Positions 33,315-42,453 of a stretch of 64,000 bases of DNA are shown here, piece after piece. Numbering within the stretch: the first letter of the stretch is position 1; the number at the start of each line of letters is the position of its first letter. The DNA comes from an uncultured Chloroflexia bacterium (GTDB lineage Bacteria; Chloroflexota; Limnocylindria; Limnocylindrales; CSP1-4): positions 851,002 through 915,001 of the forward strand of contig CAVYIM010000003.1 in the NCBI GenBank assembly GCA_963768655.1, written 5' to 3'. A program made the position numbers and the translations under genes. The notes beneath the pieces were generated by a model. That model had not been told where the DNA came from, made no database searches, and saw nothing but the letters and a program-made list of their open reading frames with translations.

Positions 33315-33648
33315 GGCGGCGGGGTGGCGCTGTGGCGGCCGGGCGGCGGCAGGGTGGCGAGGCCAGGCGGGCCCTCTGGCCCGACTGGGCGGTGCCGTGG
33401 CTGCGTGGCTATCCCGTGGCTGCGCGACCGGTTCGCGGACCTTGCGCGGGCGGCGAGCGCTGGGGGTTCTCCTACCCGGTGCGAGCCCGTGCGAAGGTCT
33501 GGATCGGTTCGTCCATCGTCGCCCGCGATAGCCTGCGAGGGCTCCTGGCCGGATCCGATCGTGGTCCTTCCTTCGCCAATTCGACCGTCCTTCCTTCGGC
33601 CTGCTTGCGGCGGCCAGTGGGCCTTCGCGGAGCCCATCGACCGCCGGG

Positions 33649-33678
33649 AATGTACGCCTGCGCCGCACCCCCAGTCAA
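33649..33678 (-). promoter_or_regulatory. Sigma70-type promoter for nrdJ (TTGACT-N18-TACATT)
   Basis: Near-consensus -35/-10 immediately downstream of the NrdR boxes. Confidence 0.55.
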
Positions 33679-33687
33679 GCCTTGAAA

Positions 33688-33736
33688 ACACAAGATGTTG
33701 TGGTATCGTGCCACACGCAACCCCTACATCTTGCGC
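33688..33736. promoter_or_regulatory. Tandem NrdR boxes
   Basis: ACACAAGATGTTGTGG (33688-33703) and CCCCTACATCTTGCGC (33721-33736), 33 bp apart, match the NrdR palindrome upstream of an RNR gene. Confidence 0.8.
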
Positions 33737-33899
33737 CGGGCCGTGATTCTGTGGAGATCCGCCCGGAGTTGGTGCATGCCCTGTGGACCGGCTGTGGACG
33801 AGGAGTTCCGCGGCGTTCCGGCGGGCGCTCTGGCCGTCCATCGGAACGGGCCGTGGGGGCCGGACGGCCGGCAATCGACCCGCCGCCCCTTTCCTAACA

Positions 33900-33918
33900 G
33901 AACGTACGTGCTATTCTA
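33900..33918 (-). promoter_or_regulatory. Putative LexA (GAAC-N4-GTTC type) box next to a TAGAAT -10 element
   Basis: GAACGTACGTGC (1 mismatch) at 33900-33911; TAGAAT at 33913-33918 on the minus strand. Confidence 0.45.
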
Positions 33919-33944
33919 CTGCGAATGTCCAGCGGGCCGCGAGG

Positions 33945-34140
33945 GCGTGGCGGCACGGGCGGGGTGTGGCCGCGCGGGGTGGCGGGGCGCGGGGCAGAGG
34001 GCGGGGGCGTGGCCGCGGCGGTGTGGCCGCGCGGGGAGTGGCCGCGCGGGGGGTGTGGCCGCGCGGGGGGTGTGGCCGCGCGGGGGGGTCTGGCCGCGCG
34101 GGGGGGTGTGGCCGCGCGGGGGGCGTGGCCGCGCGCGGGG
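33945..34140. repeat. G-rich tandem repeat, about 9-11 copies of GTGGCCGCGCGGGG(GGGT)
   Basis: Directly visible, period about 17 bp. Confidence 0.85.
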
Positions 34141-34232
34141 CATGAGGGCCGGGCGTAGCGGCGCGGGGCCGAGCCGCGGGGCGCTGCGGCGCCTTGTGGC
34201 CCCGCTTTTCCCTAATACGCATGGGCTGAGTA

Positions 34233-35090
34233 CTAAGTTGCGGGGTGGACCTGCGGATCGACCCAGGCACCCCGTCCGGGCTCCTTCGGGGTCCGCGCGG
34301 TCGGGTCGAGACCCGGCACGGCGCTCGTTGGGGGATCGAGCGGGCGGAGGCGCGCCGCGGTCGAGCGCTTCGGCCGCCTCGAAACGCGCTGGGTGCAGCC
34401 TCGGCTGTCCACAGTACTCACCCGATGCGTATTAGGGAGGAACCAGACGCCGCGCAGGGGCCCGACCGGCTCCGCTAGCCAGCGGCGCACGTCGCGGCTG
34501 CGCGCCGGCAGGGCGGCGGCAAACAGCGCGGCATGCCGGGCCACGGCCGCGCGGTGAACGTTCGCGTCGGGGAGCACGAGAACGGCGGCGACGTCCTTGG
34601 GCACCCAGCCATGCTCCGACCGGACAACGCGCGGCACAACCCGGGCCTTCATGTCGAGTGTCCGCACGGTGTCCTGCAGGTCCACCAGCTCCGTCTTGAT
34701 CTCGACGACAAGGAGGGCCCGGCAGTCGGGCCGCCAGGCCAGGATGTCGACCGATCCGCGCTCGCCGTAGAAGTTGAACGACTCCTCGACGCGCACTTCC
34801 CAACCGGCGCCCGAGAGCAGGCGCGCCACCAGATCCTGCAACTGAGCGTGCCTTCGATCGAGCAGCCGAGCCAGCCTGGGTCCGCGCCATCTCAGTCCGA
34901 TCGTGAGGTCCGCCTCGAGCGTTGCGGCTATGGCCTCCAGGGCGTCCGCCGAAACGGGTCCGAACCTGCCGCGCTCGACGCGCGAGACGGTCTGTTGCGA
35001 GGTGCCGGCCCGGACGGCGACGTCGGCCTGCCGGAGTCCGAGCTCCAGGCGGATGGCGCGAAAGGTTGTGCCGAGATGGACGCGATCCAC
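34233..35090 (-). CDS. XRE HTH fused to PD-(D/E)XK nuclease-like domain
   Basis: LRQADVAVRAGTSQQTVSRVERG HTH; E...GSVDILAW...LLVVEIKT nuclease motif. Confidence 0.8.
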   Translation of the reverse strand: MDRVHLGTTFRAIRLELGLRQADVAVRAGTSQQTVSRVERGRFGPVSADALEAIAATLEADLTIGLRWRGPRLARLLDRRHAQLQDLVARLLSGAGWEVRVEESFNFYGERGSVDILAWRPDCRALLVVEIKTELVDLQDTVRTLDMKARVVPRVVRSEHGWVPKDVAAVLVLPDANVHRAAVARHAALFAAALPARSRDVRRWLAEPVGPLRGVWFLPNTHRVSTVDSRGCTQRVSRRPKRSTAARLRPLDPPTSAVPGLDPTARTPKEPGRGAWVDPQVHPAT

Positions 35091-35204
35091 GGCGTGAGAA
35101 TGAGTTGGCCGACTTCACTCGGCCTTATCTGCAGCCAGGGCGTCGCCGCGGATCCGGCGCCCGGTCGGCCCAGTTGGGCGCCCCTCGTCGAGATCAGCGG
35201 CCCT

Positions 35205-36047
35205 CTACGCCCGCGCCAGGCGATCCAGCGCGGCCGCCAGCTCAGCGGCGTCCGCGGCGACTTCGGTCGGGCGCTCGGCGGCGGGGAGGGCCGCGAGCTG
35301 CGCCGCGGTGCTGATGCCTGTCAGCATCAGGACGGAGCGCGCGCCGACGGCGATGGCCGCCGGAATGTCAGTGATCAGGCTGTCGCCGATCATCACGGCC
35401 TCGGTCACGGGCCGGCCCATGGCGTGGGCCGCGACTTCGAGCAGCAGCGGCCCGGGCTTGCCGAGCGAAACCGGCTCGACGCCGCTGGCGGTCGCGATGG
35501 CCGCGACCACGGACCCGGCCCCGGGCATCAGGCCGTGCTCCATCGGGTAGATCGGGTCGCGGTTGGTGGCGACGAAGCGCGCGCCGGCTCGAATGGCGGC
35601 GGCGGCGACGGCGAGTCGGGCATAGGTGAATTCCAGATCGAGGCCGACGACGACGGTGTCCACACCGCGGGTCGCAGCGGCGGCGTCCCGGCCGTTGGCG
35701 GTCCAGCGCTCGGCCGCTTCAGCGGAAGGCATGACTTCGATCCCGACGTCGCGCAGCTCATGGACGAGCCCGGCGCCTCCGACCACGAGCGCGCAGACCG
35801 GCCGCGGCGACTGTTCGGCCAGGTACAGCGCCGTGGCGCGGGCCGAGGAAACGATCCGGTCGGGCGAGACCGGAGCCCCCATACTCGACAGGCGGGTAAC
35901 GTAATCCGCGCGGTACCACATCGAATTGTTGGTGACGTACACGACGTCGTCGCAGGCGGCGGCCCGAGCGGTCAGGACGGCGGCGACGCCGGGCACGGGC
36001 GCCGCGCCGCGATAGACGACACCATCGAGATCGACGAGCAGGAGCAC
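35205..36047 (-). CDS. HAD-IIA family hydrolase (NagD-like)
   Basis: DLDGVVY, VTNNS, ATNRD, LGKP, IGDSLITDI. Confidence 0.9.
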   Translation of the reverse strand: MLLLVDLDGVVYRGAAPVPGVAAVLTARAAACDDVVYVTNNSMWYRADYVTRLSSMGAPVSPDRIVSSARATALYLAEQSPRPVCALVVGGAGLVHELRDVGIEVMPSAEAAERWTANGRDAAAATRGVDTVVVGLDLEFTYARLAVAAAAIRAGARFVATNRDPIYPMEHGLMPGAGSVVAAIATASGVEPVSLGKPGPLLLEVAAHAMGRPVTEAVMIGDSLITDIPAAIAVGARSVLMLTGISTAAQLAALPAAERPTEVAADAAELAAALDRLARA

Positions 36048-36079
36048 GAATGGGATGCTAGCCGACGGGCGCCTCGACC

Positions 36080-36736
36080 GTGACGCGGGCCGCACCGGAC
36101 TCCGAGCCGGCGCGGGCGCGCCGGAGTGGCTCGGTGCCTGACGATCGCCGCGTCCTCGAGGGCATTTCGCGCCTGGTCGTCGACGGCACGAACGTCCTGC
36201 ACGCGATCCGGCGGTCGCCGGCGCCACTCCCCGCCGCGGCCCTGATCGGGCGACTCCGCGCCATCGTGCCGGCGGCTGTGACGATCACCGTCGTCCTCGA
36301 TGGCTCGCCGGAGCATGGGCTGGTCGCTCGCCACGTCGCTTCGGGCGTGGAGGTTCGGTACGCCGGGCGGTCCACCGCCGACGAGCTGATCGCCCACCTT
36401 CTCGAAGATCTGCGGAGCGAGAATTCGGGCACGCTGGTAGTCACCGACGACATCGAGCTGTCGAGCGTGGTCAGGCGATCGGGCGGTCGAACGGCTCGAA
36501 CCGGCTGGCTGATCGGCCGGCTCGAGCGCCAGCGCCTCGTCGCCCCCGCCCCCGGTCGGCCCGGTCTGGCGCCGCCGCCCGCGGCATCGATCGGTCAGGG
36601 AACCGGGCGGGCGGGCTCGAACGCCGGAGCTGATGGCGGGGACACGAGCGAAGCCGATTCGCCGCGCTGGTCGCCGGGCCGCGGCGCCACCCGCAAGCGA
36701 GGTCCATCGCGTCGCCGCCCGGCGGGGGAGCGGTAG
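36080..36736 (+). CDS. NYN (YacP-like PIN) domain protein
   Basis: VVDGTNV, VVLDG, TADELI, VVTDDIEL. Confidence 0.8.
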   Translation: MTRAAPDSEPARARRSGSVPDDRRVLEGISRLVVDGTNVLHAIRRSPAPLPAAALIGRLRAIVPAAVTITVVLDGSPEHGLVARHVASGVEVRYAGRSTADELIAHLLEDLRSENSGTLVVTDDIELSSVVRRSGGRTARTGWLIGRLERQRLVAPAPGRPGLAPPPAASIGQGTGRAGSNAGADGGDTSEADSPRWSPGRGATRKRGPSRRRPAGER

Positions 36737-37034
36737 GTTTCGCGCGCTTTCGCCGCGCGATTCTGCCCCGCGCCGCCGCTTCGCCCGCGCCGCCGCTTCG
36801 CCCCCCGCCGCCGCTTCGCCCTGCGCCGCCCGGGTTCCAGGGTGTATCGAATTCATGCGCCCTGGATTGAACTTCTTCCTTCGAATAGACTGGCCTCAGA
36901 CTCTTTCGGTGCCCGCCGGCAAGTTTCTGCGTCATTCGAGTGATGCCCTAGCCGCACGGTCGGGTTCAGCATTGCCATCGCCGGGCCGTCGTCCGGAGCG
37001 CGGCGGTGTCGCCACACCCTAAACGGGGAAGAAC

Positions 37035-38138
37035 TTGGACGCTCGGGTGCCACCCGGGGAGCGTCAACCGGAGACCGCGGCATCGCCTCGGTTGCCGGAG
37101 GACTTGCACGACCGGATCGGCCAGATGGTGTTGGTCGGCTTCCGCGGCATGACGCCGCACGAGGCCGAGCCGACGCTGCGGCAGATTCGAGCGGGTTCGA
37201 TCGGTGGCGTCGTGCTCTATGACGTCGACGCCCAGACCGGCGGTCCTCGAAACGTCAAGTCGCCGCGCCAGCTGAGCGAGCTGGTGATCGCGGTCAAGGC
37301 CGCGGGCCCGATCCCTCCGCTCGTGACGCTCGATGCCGAAGGCGGCTTCTTCCACAAGCTCAAGACGCAGTACGGCTTCCCGCCAACGGCCGCGCCCGCC
37401 GACGTTGGAGAGCGTAACGACCTCGCTTTCACTCGATACAACGCCAGCGTGATCGCCGACATGCTGGTCGAGCTCGGCATCGACATGAACCTCGCGCCGG
37501 TCGTGGATCTCTTGAACCCGGCAAACGCGCACGCCGGCCGCGGCCGCCGAACGCTCGCGTCGGATCCGGCGACCGTGATCGCCCACGCCCGTGAGTTCAT
37601 CTTGACCCATCGGGAGCGCGGCATCCTCACGACTCTCAAGCACTTCCCGGGCATGCGTGGCACGCTGAAGCCCTATTCACCGGGCCTCAATGAGGTGATC
37701 GAGGACTGGTCCGAGATTGAGCTCGAACCGTTCCGGGGACTCATCAACGAGGGTCTCGCCGATGCCATCTTGACGACCCGGGTGTTGTTCCCTCAGCTGG
37801 ACCCCGACTATCCGGCCTGCCTGTCGAAGAAGATCGTCGGCGGCCTGCTGCGAACGGAGCTCGGCTTCGAGGGAGTGGCCATCTCGGATCCGATGGAGAT
37901 GCAGGCGGTCTGGGACGCGTTCGGCTTCGCGGCGGGAACCGTGCGCGCCGTCAACGCCGGGATCGACCTCGTGCTGCTGTGCAACTACTCGAGCGTGGTG
38001 CCGTACAGCGACGAGAGGGCCGACGAGATGATCCGCGTTCTGTCGGAGGCGGTCGCTCGAGGCGAGGTCGCGGAGTCGCGGATCGACGACGCCTGCCGGC
38101 GAGTCCTCACCCTGAAGGCGCGCCGGGCCCGCGCCTGA
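37035..38138 (+). CDS. Glycoside hydrolase family 3 N-terminal domain protein (NagZ-like)
   Basis: IGQMVLVGF, DAEGG, NLAPVVD, LKHFPG, LRTELGFEGVAISDPMEM, AGIDLVL. Confidence 0.88.
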   Translation: MDARVPPGERQPETAASPRLPEDLHDRIGQMVLVGFRGMTPHEAEPTLRQIRAGSIGGVVLYDVDAQTGGPRNVKSPRQLSELVIAVKAAGPIPPLVTLDAEGGFFHKLKTQYGFPPTAAPADVGERNDLAFTRYNASVIADMLVELGIDMNLAPVVDLLNPANAHAGRGRRTLASDPATVIAHAREFILTHRERGILTTLKHFPGMRGTLKPYSPGLNEVIEDWSEIELEPFRGLINEGLADAILTTRVLFPQLDPDYPACLSKKIVGGLLRTELGFEGVAISDPMEMQAVWDAFGFAAGTVRAVNAGIDLVLLCNYSSVVPYSDERADEMIRVLSEAVARGEVAESRIDDACRRVLTLKARRARA

Positions 38139-38207
38139 GCGCCGAGGCTGGCCGCGCCCTCCCAAACGCGCGCCGGGCCCGCGTCTGAACGCCCGACGCC
38201 CGGCTGG

Positions 38208-40970
38208 TTATGCGGCGTTGGCGCGGGAAGGGTTGTTGGCCGCACGCTCGCGCAGCAGGTTCGTGATCGCGTCGCATGGGAGCGGCCGCGAGAAGAGATA
38301 GCCCTGGCCGATGTCGCACTGGAGCGTGCGCAACCGATCCGCCTGCTCCACGCGCTCCACGCCTTCCGCGACCGTTTCGAGGCGCAGCGTCTTGCCGATC
38401 CGGATCATCGCGTCCACCAGGGCGCTGGAGGTGGGCTCCGTGGCGACGCCGTCGACGAAGGATTTGTCGATCTTGAGGATGTCCACCGGGAAGCGGCGCA
38501 GGTATGCGAACGACGAGTAGCCGGTGCCGAAGTCGTCGATCGCCAGCCGCACCCCCAGGGACTTGAGCTGGTAGAGCCGGTTGAGTGTCGCCGCCGTGTC
38601 GACCATGAGGACGCTCTCGGTGATCTCCAGGACGAGACGGTTCGGCAGCAGGCCGGTGTCGTCGAGCGCGTCGGCGATGTCGCGCACGATGTTGGGATGA
38701 CGGAGCTGACGGGCGGAGAGGTTCACGTTGAGAGCGATGGGCTCGCCGGCGGGGATCTCCTGCTGCCACACTCGAACCTGGCGACACGCTTCTTTGATCG
38801 TCCACTGACCCAGCGGCACGATCAGGCCGCTCTCCTCGGCCAGCGGGATGAACTCCATTGGCGGAACGAGGCCACGGCGCGGGTGCTGCCAGCGAACCAG
38901 CGCTTCGACGCCGGTCAGCCGACCGGTGTGCAGGTCGATCGTGGGCTGGTAGTGGAGCACGAACTGCCCCTCCTCGATCGCCGTCCGGAGCTCCGACTCG
39001 ACCTGGATGCGGCGGATCGCGTCGGCATGCATCTCCGGATCGAAGAGCGCGTAGCCGGTTTCGCTGACCCGCGCCCGGTGCATGGCCACGGCCCCGTTGC
39101 GGAGCAGGTCTTCGCCCGTCTCTTCGCCACCCATTGATACGACGATGCCGATGTGGGGCTGCAGCTCGACCTGCGCCCCGGGGAGCTGGATCGGCTGGCG
39201 CAGCGCGCTCATGATCCGTTCCATCGCCATAGTGGCGTCGACGGACGAAGTGAGCCGGTCGAGGAGCAGGCCGAACTCGTCGCTGCTCAACCGCGCGACC
39301 GTGTCCTCGCCCCGAACGCACGTCCGTAGCCGGTCCGCCACCATCACCAGCGCAGCCTCGCCCGCGCTGTAGCCGAGGCTGTCGTTCAGGCGGTTGAAGC
39401 CCTCCATGTCGCAGTAGAGAAGGGCCAACGTCGTGTTGTGGCGCTTGGCCTGGAGGAGCGCGTGCTCGAGGCGGTTGATGAACAGGGCCCGGTTCGCCAG
39501 CCCGGTCAGGGAGTCGTGGAAAGCCTGGTGTCGTAGCTCGGCCTCGAGGGCGTGGCGCTGGGTGACGTCGCGGGTGTTGAGGACGATGCCCGCGATCGCG
39601 GGCACGTTCATGAGGTTCGAGATTCGGGTTTCCGTGTGTCGCCACGAGCCGTCGGCGTGGCGGATGCGGCACTCGCACACCAGAGGAGCGGTCGCGTCCT
39701 CCACGGCGCGACGGTAATTGAGTCGCATCGGCTCCACGTCGTCGGGATGGACCAGCTCGAGGAGATCGCGGCCGACGATGTCGTGGACCTCGTAGCCGAA
39801 GACCTGCCGCACGGAGGGCGACTGGAACCGCACGTGACCGTCGGGCCCGGCGATGCTGATAACGTCGCTGGAGGCCTGGATCAAGGCCTCGAAGCGCTCC
39901 GAGCTCTGGATCTCGATGGCGCGCTCCTGGAGGTCGGTCCGCGACAGGGCCAGCGATACCTGCGTGGTCAGAGTTCGGATCGCGGTGGGCAGCTCATCCG
40001 GGATCGGCTCGGGCGACTCCACGATCAGCATGCCCCGTACCGCGTCTTCGACGCTCACGCTCGTCAGGAGAACATCCCCGTCGCGGAACGGGCCGGGCCG
40101 TTCGAGAGCGGGTGAAGGCTCGCTGCCCGGGCCGGCCTCGCCGGCCGCATCCGAACGCAGCAGGCGCTGCTCGGCCAGTCCGTCACCGGCAGGCGCCATC
40201 GAGGACCCTTCGATGATCCGACCCCTGGCCTCGTCGGCGCCGTCTCCAATCGCGTCGAGCACGGTGAAGCGCAGCGGCCGGCCGTCCGGTTCTGCGGCCA
40301 TGGCCAGGCTGACGCGGACGCCGGTCAGGGTTCCGCACAGAGCCAGCCCGCTCTCGACCACGGCTGCGGCTATCTCCGTGAGATCGGATGCGGCCACGAG
40401 GTCGAGGCCGGTCGCGGCCAGTACCTGCTCCCGCCGGGACGTGGCCTCGTACAGCGCGATCGAGTTGACCATGCCGCTCATCAGGCAGGCCACGATGACG
40501 AATCCGACGGCGAAGACGACGGCGATCGTGAGCGCTGCCGGATCGGCGAGCCCCTCGCCGATCTCGATCGCCACCATGGCGGTCGTTCGGAGCAGCACAT
40601 GCGGAAGCGAGCCGTAGGCCGATGTGAAGATCACGGCCGCGGCCAGCAGGGCGAAGAGGTAGCCGTGCCAGCGGTCGTCTACGGCTACGGCTATCAGGCA
40701 CATGCTGCCGATCGTCAGCGCGTCCCCGAGCGGCCCCATAGATCCATTGCGATGACTGCTCAGCCAGGTCACTACCAGGACGGGCGGCGCGATCAGGCCC
40801 AGGCTCCAGAAGAGGGGCACGTCGGGTCGGGAGACGAGGACCATGGGGAAGATGCCGGCGACGGTGAGCAGCCCGAGCGCAAGCAGCAGCAGCTGCAGGC
40901 GGCCGAGCAAGTCGCGAGGGCGGGCTCCGGCGCGGAGACCCGCGAGGATCTTCTCCGTCTTGCGTGGCAC
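38208..40970 (-). CDS. Membrane GAF-PAS-GGDEF-EAL c-di-GMP signalling protein
   Basis: TM N-terminus, VHPDD PAS, AFHDSLTGLANR, degenerate SSDEF, EAL and DDFGTGYSS motifs. Confidence 0.92.
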   Translation of the reverse strand: MPRKTEKILAGLRAGARPRDLLGRLQLLLLALGLLTVAGIFPMVLVSRPDVPLFWSLGLIAPPVLVVTWLSSHRNGSMGPLGDALTIGSMCLIAVAVDDRWHGYLFALLAAAVIFTSAYGSLPHVLLRTTAMVAIEIGEGLADPAALTIAVVFAVGFVIVACLMSGMVNSIALYEATSRREQVLAATGLDLVAASDLTEIAAAVVESGLALCGTLTGVRVSLAMAAEPDGRPLRFTVLDAIGDGADEARGRIIEGSSMAPAGDGLAEQRLLRSDAAGEAGPGSEPSPALERPGPFRDGDVLLTSVSVEDAVRGMLIVESPEPIPDELPTAIRTLTTQVSLALSRTDLQERAIEIQSSERFEALIQASSDVISIAGPDGHVRFQSPSVRQVFGYEVHDIVGRDLLELVHPDDVEPMRLNYRRAVEDATAPLVCECRIRHADGSWRHTETRISNLMNVPAIAGIVLNTRDVTQRHALEAELRHQAFHDSLTGLANRALFINRLEHALLQAKRHNTTLALLYCDMEGFNRLNDSLGYSAGEAALVMVADRLRTCVRGEDTVARLSSDEFGLLLDRLTSSVDATMAMERIMSALRQPIQLPGAQVELQPHIGIVVSMGGEETGEDLLRNGAVAMHRARVSETGYALFDPEMHADAIRRIQVESELRTAIEEGQFVLHYQPTIDLHTGRLTGVEALVRWQHPRRGLVPPMEFIPLAEESGLIVPLGQWTIKEACRQVRVWQQEIPAGEPIALNVNLSARQLRHPNIVRDIADALDDTGLLPNRLVLEITESVLMVDTAATLNRLYQLKSLGVRLAIDDFGTGYSSFAYLRRFPVDILKIDKSFVDGVATEPTSSALVDAMIRIGKTLRLETVAEGVERVEQADRLRTLQCDIGQGYLFSRPLPCDAITNLLRERAANNPSRANAA

Positions 40971-41168
40971 CGAGTTTCCCTGTGCCTCCGGGTCCGAAAG
41001 AGCAGGCGGTGGGTACTGGACGCCAGGGCCCAGACTCAGGCCCTACCTTCGGCGTCGGACGCGGTCGCGCGCGACTGAGGGTCTACCCGTACGTCGATTG
41101 GAGGATCTTGCGCTGGGGTCATCGTTCGCGGGCCGGCATGGGCGGGGCGGTGTAGCATCGCCGCGATC

Positions 41169-42296
41169 ATGTCGTCCTCGAATCGGCCCTCACCATCCGG
41201 GTTGGATGCCGACAAGCGCCCGCTGGATCTCCTCCGGTTCGACCACTTCGGACCCGAGGAGTACGAGCTGACGCCTGCGGAGGACGAATCCGATGACGGC
41301 GACTACTCGGACGACGGGTGGCGGGCCAGGTTCAGGGCCGCGACCGTCTGGATTCTTGCGCGCGTGGCCTGGGTCGGGCTGGCTGCGGCGCTGTCGCTCG
41401 GCTCGGCGGGCCTCGTCGCCGCAACCGGACAGTCGCCGGCGAGCCAGAGCCGTCCCGAACTGACGTATGGGGCGGACCAGACGCTGTCGAGCCGCCTGGA
41501 CGCCGGCGTCCAGGCTCTGGCGAAGCTGAACGACGACGTGGTCGTGCTCGGTCAGATGGCTCGCAACGTGCTCGCCGACCTGTCGCAGATCAACCAGAAC
41601 GCGCTCAGCGCTGACTACCAGGACGGCGATCAGGCCGTCGCCGAGATCGAATCGGGTGCCGCCGCCCTCAGCACCACGCTCGAATGCAAACCGTGGCCGA
41701 GCACCCGGGACGCCGATCTGGCGAGAACGTACAGCCAGACCTTGATCGACCGCTGGCAAGCGGTATGCGCGGCCGTCGATTCGGTCGCTCCCCTGGCCGG
41801 CGACTGGGCCGACATGGAGAACGGTGCCGGCGTCGCCATGGAGGTGGCCAACGACATCAACGCCCACGACCAGAGCATCAAGGGGGCCCTGCAGTCCGCA
41901 ACTTCGGGCCGATACCCCGACGCGCTCGTCCAGCTCGCGACCGCAGCAGCCTCGGTCGCGGACGCCCAGCACATTGCCGCCGAGCTCTCGCAGGTCACCG
42001 ACGTCTCGACTCTGACCGACTGGCTGACCCGGACCAAGACATTCGATGACGCCCTGCAGCTGCTGTGGCAAGCGATGGTCGACTCGAATGGGAAGGTCAC
42101 GGCCCAGGTGACGGCCGCGCTCAAGGCGGAGGGCGCCGCGGAAGCCCTCCTGCCCGACAACAACTCCGTGCTTCAGGTCGTGCTCTACGAACTGGCGGGG
42201 AACTTGACCTCCGATGGACTCTCGATCGAGACTGCCAAGGGCCAGCTGGCCACAGCCCTGGCCGATCTCACCGGCGGCATGGTCGTCGGCCAGTAG
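41169..42296 (+). CDS. Membrane-anchored helical hypothetical protein
   Basis: Single TM followed by Ala-rich helices; host-like codon usage. Confidence 0.65.
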   Translation: MSSSNRPSPSGLDADKRPLDLLRFDHFGPEEYELTPAEDESDDGDYSDDGWRARFRAATVWILARVAWVGLAAALSLGSAGLVAATGQSPASQSRPELTYGADQTLSSRLDAGVQALAKLNDDVVVLGQMARNVLADLSQINQNALSADYQDGDQAVAEIESGAAALSTTLECKPWPSTRDADLARTYSQTLIDRWQAVCAAVDSVAPLAGDWADMENGAGVAMEVANDINAHDQSIKGALQSATSGRYPDALVQLATAAASVADAQHIAAELSQVTDVSTLTDWLTRTKTFDDALQLLWQAMVDSNGKVTAQVTAALKAEGAAEALLPDNNSVLQVVLYELAGNLTSDGLSIETAKGQLATALADLTGGMVVGQ

Positions 42297-42453
42297 CGGC
42301 CGCTTCGATCCCTGCGGCGAGCGCGGCACGGGCCGTGGCAAGGGCGGGGCGAGTGGCTAGACTTGACACCTAAGTCATGGCCGGTCCGAGGTAGGCCGGC
42401 TACACCGTCACGTGGCGGCCGTGCGGCCGCTCCCAGCCCGGAGGATCATCGTC

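Noticed and set aside
33440-33645. Cobalamin riboswitch upstream of nrdJ
   Set aside because: Only fragmentary resemblance (CCACTG, GCCAGGAG); the conserved AGGGAA/GGTG.AA.TCC/GCCCCCGC core is absent
33186-33668. N-terminal 161 aa of the 1623-aa ORF as part of NrdJ
   Set aside because: Low-complexity translation of leader and repeat DNA; a good RBS precedes ATG 33185
33250-34140. Tandem repeats as a CRISPR array
   Set aside because: Units are contiguous 13-17 bp repeats without unique spacers, and no cas genes are present
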